Source of the DNA: a virus
Lineage: Duplodnaviria; Heunggongvirae; Uroviricota; Caudoviricetes
DNA: 42,914 nucleotides
Virus record (IMG/VR): IMGVR_UViG_3300014205_000186
Span: 64,001-106,914 of that record
Strand: one strand, 5' to 3'
Shown here: positions 8,986 to 15,723 of the stretch, in pieces
Numbering within the stretch: the first letter of the stretch is position 1
Layout: each line of letters opens with the position of its first letter
The notes under the pieces: model-generated
What the model was told of the DNA's origin: nothing
Databases searched by the model: none
The model's input: the letters and a program-made list of their open reading frames with translations, nothing else
Made by a program: the position numbers and the translations under genes

Positions 8986-9573
8986 ATGAGTAAATTATTA
9001 TTAGAAGAAAAAAGCGGTAAGATTGCAGACGTTCATTTTGCTTATGTAAAGCTTCAAAGACCTACTAAAAAGTATCAATCTGAAGATACTGAGTTTTCTG
9101 TAGATGTTGTTGTTGATAAAGCAACCGCTAAGGAAATGAAGAAGAAGTTTCCAAAAAATGGTGTTAAAGAAGTTGATACAGCAGAATTTGAGAATAAGTA
9201 TAAATTTGAACCTCCGTATCCAGAACAAGATGAACAATTTGTTTTAAAGTTTAAGACTAATTCAACAACTAAAGAAGGTGAGCCAAAACCTTACGAATGG
9301 TCAATTCGTCCTAAAGTATATGTTCCTAACGGAGAAAAGATTAAGGACGTAACAATGGATGTTAGAGTTGCTAACGGATCATCTGGAGATATTGCTTTTA
9401 ATGTAAGTAATGGAAACTTTGGAGTAATTCATCACTTGTCAGCAATTTTAGTTAAGAATATGATTGAATTAGAACAAAGACAAGCATCGCCATTCGGTGA
9501 AGTAGATGATAGCAATGATACTTATGAATCAATGGCTGAAGAATTTGAAGATTCTGAAGACGTTGGATTCTAA
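8986..9573 (+). CDS. single-stranded DNA-binding protein (gp2.5/DUF2815-like)
   Basis: VHFAYVKLQRP...FSVDV, VANGSSG.IAF, acidic tail ending in Phe (EEFEDSEDVGF). Confidence 0.75.
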   Translation: MSKLLLEEKSGKIADVHFAYVKLQRPTKKYQSEDTEFSVDVVVDKATAKEMKKKFPKNGVKEVDTAEFENKYKFEPPYPEQDEQFVLKFKTNSTTKEGEPKPYEWSIRPKVYVPNGEKIKDVTMDVRVANGSSGDIAFNVSNGNFGVIHHLSAILVKNMIELEQRQASPFGEVDDSNDTYESMAEEFEDSEDVGF

Positions 9574-9584
9574 ACTATATTAAT

Positions 9585-10340
9585 TTAGAAAAATAATAAG
9601 CTCTGTAATAGCCCCTGTAATAGGGGCTTATTTATTATAAAAATAATGAATCCAAGAAGAACAAAGAATAATAAGATAATAAAGATACTAACAAAGATAA
9701 TCGTTATAATATTATTGTTATTAGAATCTATAAAATTGTCTCTTCCGGCTTTATTACTACTATTACCAAATTTATCTCCAATATTAATATCACCACTATT
9801 TCTATCAGCTCTTTCAATAAGAATTTTAGAAATCTCTTTATTTTGTTCTAGTTTTTGTTCTAAAATAGATATCTGGCTAGAAATAAACTCTGAAGCTACC
9901 GCATTTTGTTGTAATATTAATACTGTTTTTTGCAGGTCTAAAAACTTGCTTTTAAGATCTTCATAATCTTCACTGGTAATCCTTTTGGCAAATACTATAT
10001 ATCCTTCATGTTCTCCTGTTTCTGGATACTTATGAACATATAGTTTAATATTTATATGAGATCTATCTTTTCTAATATAGGTTTTTTCAAGATAATATTC
10101 TTCTTTACTTCCTGCTATAATAGAATTAACTTCTGCTTGATCTGCTCCAATATCTTCTTTTTTTGTGATATCCTGCCAAGTTTTTTCTTTTAATTCTGAT
10201 TCAGAATATCCTAATAGTCTACACCAAGCGTGGTTACAAAAAACGAATTTATCATCTAGTCCAACAAATGATACTGGATCTGGATTTTTTTCACAAGCTA
10301 ATTTCCACCAAGGAAATTTAGCGTCTTCTTTGTTTGACAT
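9585..10340 (-). CDS. PAS-domain protein with coiled coil and C-terminal transmembrane helix
   Basis: FCNHAWCRLLGYSESEL...WQDIT..ED...YYLEKTYIRKD is a typical PAS S-box; hydrophobic IITIIFVSIFIILLFFVLLGFIIFII near the C-terminus; no kinase, GGDEF or HTH output domain. Confidence 0.85.
   Translation of the reverse strand: MSNKEDAKFPWWKLACEKNPDPVSFVGLDDKFVFCNHAWCRLLGYSESELKEKTWQDITKKEDIGADQAEVNSIIAGSKEEYYLEKTYIRKDRSHINIKLYVHKYPETGEHEGYIVFAKRITSEDYEDLKSKFLDLQKTVLILQQNAVASEFISSQISILEQKLEQNKEISKILIERADRNSGDINIGDKFGNSSNKAGRDNFIDSNNNNIITIIFVSIFIILLFFVLLGFIIFIINKPLLQGLLQSLLFF
9610..9628 (+). terminator. intrinsic terminator-like hairpin at the convergence of the two gene blocks
   Basis: AGCCCC-tgtaata-GGGGCT followed by TATTTATT, 36 nt after the SSB stop; overlaps the 3' end of the PAS gene on the other strand. 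Confidence 0.6.
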
Positions 10341-10345
10341 TAATA

Positions 10346-10654
10346 TTATTCTTTTATTGAGTTAGCAATGTTGGAGATCTTATTTAATAATATTTGCTTT
10401 TCTTGTTGATGTACCTCGATACATTGTTTAATATGTGATAATGATTCAGACGCCGATTCTGATGCTAATAGTAAGGTATTATAATTATTTTTTAAACTAC
10501 TAATAATCTTCTTATTATCTAATAATAAACATATAATTGATAAAATGTTAAAAATATTCAATATAATAATTAACCAAATAGGTGCCCAAAACAAAGACAT
10601 AATCATATTTAAAAAGAGTATTATAGAACAATAAATATTAGCATTCTTAATCAT
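10346..10654 (-). CDS. two-TM membrane protein with C-terminal coiled coil (holin/antiholin-like)
   Basis: Two hydrophobic segments in residues ~8-46, then a helical polar tail. Confidence 0.55.
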   Translation of the reverse strand: MIKNANIYCSIILFLNMIMSLFWAPIWLIIILNIFNILSIICLLLDNKKIISSLKNNYNTLLLASESASESLSHIKQCIEVHQQEKQILLNKISNIANSIKE

Positions 10655-11048
10655 CTACCGGCCTTTGTAGCTCTCTTATAACACTTTCTATTCTTAACTC
10701 TAGTTCTTTATTTTCTTCTTTGTTCATTGTCGAAGAAATTTTCATTAATTCTATTACTGCTGAACTTTGTCTATTTAGAGATGCTTTAATATATTTTAAT
10801 TGATCTAAAGTAGATTCTGTTTGTTTTTTTAAAATCTCAACTAAGTCTACCATTTTTAAAGAAGAATCAGCATATTTTGTATTAGTTTCACTTATCGTGG
10901 TTAACGTTTTAATAATATGATCAGATATTCTATTACCAATTTTCCAAAGTCCATATCCCACCGCTGTTAGCAAACCAACAAAAAGTGCTCCAAAAATACC
11001 ATATTGAAACACTTTTTCTAAGATAAGCTGAATAGTTGAAACGTCCAT
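10647..11048 (-). CDS. BhlA/UviB-like holin candidate
   Basis: QYGIFGALFVGLLTAVGYGLW single TM after a short acidic N-terminus, then a long coiled coil, as in BhlA-type holins. Confidence 0.55.
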   Translation of the reverse strand: MDVSTIQLILEKVFQYGIFGALFVGLLTAVGYGLWKIGNRISDHIIKTLTTISETNTKYADSSLKMVDLVEILKKQTESTLDQLKYIKASLNRQSSAVIELMKISSTMNKEENKELELRIESVIRELQRPVDD

Positions 11049-11094
11049 AAAGAACCCTAGCGCAATATATAATGTTTTATAAAAAGTCTGATTA

Positions 11095-11478
11095 TTATTT
11101 CCTTTTAACTAGTTTTATAATTTTTAAAATATTTTCTCTAGACTGATATCCTTCTAAACTATACTTAAACCAACCATTTTCTTTTTTAAAAAATAATAGT
11201 ATTCTTGGTATTACAACGTCTTTCCCAAGATATTTTTCAGTAAAAGATCTATCTTTATCAACATCTACATATATAAGAGATACCGAATCAAGCTCACCAG
11301 AGGCTACCATAGGCTCTATAACAGCCCTTTTCATAGATTGGCATGGAGCACACCACTTAGCAGAAAAGATCGTTAAAATTGGCTTCTTGGACTTGAGAGC
11401 TATATCTAAACGAGATTCTAACGGTGCTTCTGGTGAGCCGATTTGAAAACATAAAAATAATATCAGAAACTTAAACAT
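11095..11478 (-). CDS. thioredoxin-family protein with hydrophobic N-terminal leader
   Basis: FSAKWCAPC active site, cis-Pro motif VIPRI, leader MFKFLILFLCF. Confidence 0.85.
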   Translation of the reverse strand: MFKFLILFLCFQIGSPEAPLESRLDIALKSKKPILTIFSAKWCAPCQSMKRAVIEPMVASGELDSVSLIYVDVDKDRSFTEKYLGKDVVIPRILLFFKKENGWFKYSLEGYQSRENILKIIKLVKRK

Positions 11479-12305
11479 TAGGGCTTAATCCATATATAAA
11501 ATTTATGCCCGTTTCTATTAACTTCTTGACCACCTTGGATCTCATGTAAATAAGATATTACTTTTGTTCCAGATTTAAATTTCGGAAGAAGTTTTTCCAT
11601 TAGTTCTGGATACAAATACATGGTAACTATATCTGCGTGTTCATAGGTAAATTTTAAAGCATTTCCTTGATATATCTTCACTAAATTATCTAATCCAGCA
11701 GACTTAATACGGTCTTCAGCTTGTTTAGCAGATTCCGGATTAAGCTCAATACCAACGCTTCTACAACCAAACCATAAAGAAGCATAATAAACTATTCTAC
11801 CGTCACCACAACCAATATCATATAAAACCTCGCTCTTTTTAGGATTTGCTAAAGCAAGCATTTCACTAACAGCTTCGTAAGGTGTAGGAACAAGTTCTGT
11901 ATTAGTTAATAACGAAGGAATATTAGTAGAAACACTAACAGGGCTATTAATAAGGCGTCGTTCCTGTCTATAAGTAGTTACGTTTTCATACCAACAAGTG
12001 ATTCCGTTACATCTTTTTACCTGAGTAACAACTGGAACAGACACTATTTCATAAGTAGGTTGTGTAGTTGATTGTGCGGTAATTGGTACAGGAGTATAAT
12101 TAGTAGCTTGAGGAGCAGGAAAATAGTTTGTTCTTTGTTCTGCTAACTGAGCCGCTATTCCATTAGGGCCATAACACATTTTACAATTTGGATTATTACA
12201 AACTGGATGATTATAGGTTTTATTATCCCAAACCGCTTGAGCAGATGCTTGAGCGGGTACTAATAATAACCCTAAAAGAATTAATATAAGAGTTAAAAAT
12301 CGCAT
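11478..12305 (-). CDS. signal-peptide-bearing class I SAM methyltransferase (FAM173/DOT1-like)
   Basis: Signal peptide ending AQASA; Cys motifs CNNPNCKMC and CNGITC; VPTP..V..ML, YDIGCGDGRIV, VGIELN, ADIVTMYL. Confidence 0.85.
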   Translation of the reverse strand: MRFLTLILILLGLLLVPAQASAQAVWDNKTYNHPVCNNPNCKMCYGPNGIAAQLAEQRTNYFPAPQATNYTPVPITAQSTTQPTYEIVSVPVVTQVKRCNGITCWYENVTTYRQERRLINSPVSVSTNIPSLLTNTELVPTPYEAVSEMLALANPKKSEVLYDIGCGDGRIVYYASLWFGCRSVGIELNPESAKQAEDRIKSAGLDNLVKIYQGNALKFTYEHADIVTMYLYPELMEKLLPKFKSGTKVISYLHEIQGGQEVNRNGHKFYIWIKP

Positions 12306-12316
12306 AATATTCTCTC

Positions 12317-13033
12317 TTATTTGTTAAGACCGGCAGCCAAAGCCCTTGCAACAGCTCTATAATCAGCCGTAGCAGTTATAGTAAGTTTACTAATTGCTAG
12401 ATTTATTGGTTCTCTCCATGTTTTAGCCCAAGTAGCATCGCTTCGTCTTAATAGTAATGTATCTTCAATTGCTCTAACAACTAAAGCTTTAGTAACAGAT
12501 AAACTTGGACACTCCCCTCTATTACACATAGCTTCAATATCTGAATCAGTTTTAAGAATAGCTAGAGCAAGAGCTTTAGCGGTTCCGCTATCTGCTAATT
12601 GAGAAGATAATTCATAAGATAATTGTTCAATCTTTTTTAGTTCTGGTACTGGAGTTGGATCTGGGTCCGGATCAGGTTTTGGGTCGGGATCTGGGTCAGG
12701 ATCTGGGTCAGGATCGGGAAGACTACCAGAAATAACTACTGTATGGGTTACATAACCAATATCGGCTTCTTTATCAGCTACTATTAAACCAAAGGTATAT
12801 GAACCAGCTTTACCAGAAGCAAATGCTAATTGTCCTGGACCAGTATTTCCACAAGCAATACTTTGAATACCTTCTGGCATTACCCATTTATGTCCATCTC
12901 CTACACTTTTACTGCCGTCTAATACAATTAAGTCACCAGGACTACCTTGTTTAGGACCATCAATTATTGCTACCGCATCTGCAAAAACAGGAGTAACTAA
13001 TAAAGCTAGAATCAGTAATATTTTTAAGCCCAT
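12317..13033 (-). CDS. exported protein: PKD/Ig-like domain, (DP)n linker, helical domain
   Basis: Signal peptide ending VFA, GDLIVLDGSKS (PKD/REJ-like), Asp-Pro linker. Confidence 0.65.
   Translation of the reverse strand: MGLKILLILALLVTPVFADAVAIIDGPKQGSPGDLIVLDGSKSVGDGHKWVMPEGIQSIACGNTGPGQLAFASGKAGSYTFGLIVADKEADIGYVTHTVVISGSLPDPDPDPDPDPDPKPDPDPDPTPVPELKKIEQLSYELSSQLADSGTAKALALAILKTDSDIEAMCNRGECPSLSVTKALVVRAIEDTLLLRRSDATWAKTWREPINLAISKLTITATADYRAVARALAAGLNK
12645..12720 (-). repeat. (Asp-Pro)n low-complexity linker
   Basis: PDPDPDPDPDPDPKPDPDPDPTPVP encoded by degenerate 6-bp units. Confidence 0.9.
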
Positions 13034-13959
13034 GATAACGCCCTCTTTTCAATCCAAGTAAGAATATTTTCCACTTTAATAAAACCATTACCAAATCTAT
13101 TATCTTTACCAATAGGTCCAGCATCTTTAATAAAATCTTCAGAAGATAACCAAGTCATAAGTTCTCTTGAGGTCATCTTAGTTGAATAGCCCATTTGTCG
13201 TAATACTTGTCTAAGCAAACCAAAAACGCTTGCAATAGTTGGGCAAGACATTGATGTTCCTGACATAGATATCAATTCTATTTCGCTACGAATTCCACAA
13301 GAAATAATCCCTACACCACCAGCAATAAGATCAACTGCTGGACCACCACTTGAAAAACCGGCGGGATTTCCACTACTATCTGATGCTGCAACAGCTATAT
13401 TATAAGGAGATAAAGCTGGAGATATTACAGTATTAGATCCGTTATAACCAGAATTACCAGCAGAAAAAAAGCACCACTTACCAGAACTTTCAATTCTTTT
13501 AAGAGCCGCAGTAGTTCCAGAATCTACAGATCCTCCACCACCCCACGAACAGCTAACAATATCACCAAGTTGTTGAGCTGCAATATCAAGTCCGGCAATA
13601 GTATTTCCACCGCTACCATTGTCTCCAAGAACTTTAACAACTTTAAAATTTGCTTCTGGACAAGAAGATAAACCGTCTCTTCCACAATTACTACCAATAG
13701 TATGACTACCATGCCCATGTCTGTCAGTTACATCTGAAGATGAACCTCCGGTAACATTAGCACTAAATAATGGTTCTGGTAATAATGAGTGCTTTTTATA
13801 ACCCGTATCTAGATTAATAAATATTATTTCACGGCCAGTAATACCAGCAGCATTAATCTTTTTAATTCGTTCGTCAACAGTCCAAGGGCGATCCCCTGGA
13901 GCAAGAGAAATCATTTCTATTTTAGTATCTGGAGGGATACCATAAATTGGTTGTTTCAT
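13024..13959 (-). CDS. S8 subtilisin-like serine protease
   Basis: Triad motifs LDTG, HGHGSH, GTSMSCP and oxyanion motif SAGNSG; no obvious signal peptide or long prodomain. Confidence 0.92.
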   Translation of the reverse strand: MKQPIYGIPPDTKIEMISLAPGDRPWTVDERIKKINAAGITGREIIFINLDTGYKKHSLLPEPLFSANVTGGSSSDVTDRHGHGSHTIGSNCGRDGLSSCPEANFKVVKVLGDNGSGGNTIAGLDIAAQQLGDIVSCSWGGGGSVDSGTTAALKRIESSGKWCFFSAGNSGYNGSNTVISPALSPYNIAVAASDSSGNPAGFSSGGPAVDLIAGGVGIISCGIRSEIELISMSGTSMSCPTIASVFGLLRQVLRQMGYSTKMTSRELMTWLSSEDFIKDAGPIGKDNRFGNGFIKVENILTWIEKRALSWA

Positions 13960-13985
13960 TTTGTTATCCTAAAATATGTTTAAAA

Positions 13986-14351
13986 TTATAAATATTTAGC
14001 TATTAGTAATTGAATAACTTTCAATAAAATAGCTAGTAGTTGAGGATTAACCGCAACAGATTTAATGCTTTCTTCGTGTCCGTGAGTAGTACCTAAAGCA
14101 TGTTTCTCACCAACAACTCTTTCTAGTTCATCGGCACAATCTTCTAAAGTAGAAGGAGGAGTGTAATCAACGCTTTCTAAAGTACCAACAGTGTTATCTC
14201 CAAGGTATTTACCTAAAGAGCCAACAACACAACCAACATCTTGTAAAAGCTGAGAGCGTTCTTCTAGAAATGTTCCACCACGAATAATACGAACAATATC
14301 AAGAACACAATCAACTTGAATAACAGGTTTAAATTCACAATCGCATGGCAT
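13986..14351 (-). CDS. hypothetical protein with amphipathic C-terminal helix
   Basis: Ends NPQLLAILLKVIQLLIAKYL; 5 Cys. Confidence 0.6.
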   Translation of the reverse strand: MPCDCEFKPVIQVDCVLDIVRIIRGGTFLEERSQLLQDVGCVVGSLGKYLGDNTVGTLESVDYTPPSTLEDCADELERVVGEKHALGTTHGHEESIKSVAVNPQLLAILLKVIQLLIAKYL

Positions 14352-14407
14352 AATAATTACCTTCTTAAAATTTTTAAAACAAAATACAACCCATATTTAT
14401 TATAGTA

Positions 14408-14560
14408 TTAGATTCTACCCAATAATAATAAAATAATGATTAGGATTACTAAAAACCCTACTGGACCATATCCCCATTCTGTACTGTGTGGCCAAGTTGG
14501 AAAAGCCCCGAATAGGGCTAGAATGAGAATTATTAACAGAATTAATGATAAGGTGCTCAT
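14408..14560 (-). CDS. DUF3309-family small membrane protein
   Basis: LILLIILILALFGAFPTWPHSTEWGYGP..GRI matches the DUF3309 pattern; GAGGT RBS before the ATG at 14560. Confidence 0.8.
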   Translation of the reverse strand: MSTLSLILLIILILALFGAFPTWPHSTEWGYGPVGFLVILIIILLLLGRI

Positions 14561-14561
14561 A

Positions 14562-14942
14562 TTATCTACCTCTATAAACCTCTTCGTTTGCTTTTTGTCC
14601 AACCCCTCCAATTTTAACGTGATTGGATCGTTGTAAATATGTTGCTATAACGAAAAAGAAGGCGTTATTTAAAGTTTCTGACTGGATAGAATTTATCTGA
14701 CAATAGATAACCGCACCAGTAATTCCAATACTAATAATTCCTTGTACCGATTCCCAAATAAGGGACACAAAAGCCTGTCTACCAACTACAATATCTTCTT
14801 GAGCAGTTGTTTTAGGAGGAAGAGACATTTTACCATCCTTACCCTCAATTGGGACAGTATTATTTAATTTTTCGTCTATTACCTCGACTTTAAGCGGTCC
14901 CTCATTAACAACTTCAACTTCTGCCGGTTTTTGAGGTTCCAT
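14562..14942 (-). CDS. two-TM membrane protein (holin-like)
   Basis: Polar N-terminus, hydrophobic segments GIISIGITGAVIY and AFFFVIATYL, basic C-terminus. Confidence 0.55.
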   Translation of the reverse strand: MEPQKPAEVEVVNEGPLKVEVIDEKLNNTVPIEGKDGKMSLPPKTTAQEDIVVGRQAFVSLIWESVQGIISIGITGAVIYCQINSIQSETLNNAFFFVIATYLQRSNHVKIGGVGQKANEEVYRGR

Positions 14943-14956
14943 ATAACCACTTTAAA

Positions 14957-15256
14957 TTATCCAAGAAGTCTAATAATTAGTTCAATAAGAGCCATAATTT
15001 CTGGTAGACGATCAAGAATAATCTTAATAATATCTCCATTAGCCATAGTAGAGACATCTTGACCTGCTGTTAGAGCTTGTTCGGTAACTACATTATCAAC
15101 ATACTCGTTAACGCTTTCTCTTACATTAGGAACTAAATATAGAGAGCGTAATTTAAATTTCTGAAAGAAACCGAGGTTTGATTCTTGAACAGCCTGAACA
15201 AATAGGCGTGATGGGCGAACTGCTTGGACTGATTCTAGTTCTGTTAATTCTGACAT
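14957..15256 (-). CDS. hypothetical protein with amphipathic C-terminal helix
   Basis: Ends IIKIILDRLPEIMALIELIIRLLG; preceded by the conserved upstream motif. Confidence 0.6.
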   Translation of the reverse strand: MSELTELESVQAVRPSRLFVQAVQESNLGFFQKFKLRSLYLVPNVRESVNEYVDNVVTEQALTAGQDVSTMANGDIIKIILDRLPEIMALIELIIRLLG

Positions 15257-15286
15257 AATAAGTACTCTCTAATTAGAAAAGGATTT

Positions 15287-15307
15287 GTATCTATATATAA
15301 GTACTCT
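15287..15307 (-). promoter_or_regulatory. conserved 21-bp upstream motif, putative late promoter (copy 1)
   Basis: Minus strand AGAGTACTTATATATAGATAC, 20/21 identical to the copy at 38422-38442. Confidence 0.7.
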
Positions 15308-15325
15308 TTATTGCCACTCAAGATT

Positions 15326-15556
15326 TTACATTCTACTAAAGACTGCCACAGCAACTTCTACAATATTTAATGCCCAAAATAAATACCACTGCCACTTATA
15401 TCGTTTAATATACCAAGCTACAAATAACCCACCCATGAATAAATGAGCGGTATCTTTATAAACCGAAATCCAATGAAACTCTTCAGGTTCTACATTAAAT
15501 CCAAGATAAATTCTAGAAAGTGCTAATAGGACACCAAGTAAAATAGTGTAAATCAT
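15326..15556 (-). CDS. small membrane protein (about 3 TM)
   Basis: Three hydrophobic/aromatic segments in 76 aa. Confidence 0.6.
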   Translation of the reverse strand: MIYTILLGVLLALSRIYLGFNVEPEEFHWISVYKDTAHLFMGGLFVAWYIKRYKWQWYLFWALNIVEVAVAVFSRM

Positions 15557-15558
15557 TA

Positions 15559-15691
15559 TTAATTCATATCTTTATTGAAGATTCGGTTATATACTAACAT
15601 AACACACGCAGAGCCACACAGCCAAAGCAGAATCGCGAGTGAGGTTAGGTGGGCTACTATAGCCTAATCCTGTTTTAGTTACTTTTGACAT
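15559..15691 (-). pseudogene. frameshifted 43-aa single-pass membrane peptide gene
   Basis: The span is 133 nt (44 codons + 1). Removing one G at 15663/15664 gives MSKVTKTGLAIVAHLTSLAILLWLCGSACVMLVYNRIFNKDMN*, which stops 2 nt before the next ATG. Confidence 0.55.
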
Positions 15692-15723
15692 AATATTACT
15701 CTTGAAAATTAATTTTGATTATA

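Noticed and set aside
5999-10365. Antisense ORFs 5999-6322, 7705-7896, 8616-8906, 9001-9237, 9646-9966 and 10165-10365
   Set aside because: Fully inside well-supported genes on the other strand; composition typical of antisense translation.
11965-12025. Pediocin-like motif in KRCNGITCWY
   Set aside because: Lacks the YGNGV box and a double-glycine leader; lies inside a larger exported protein.
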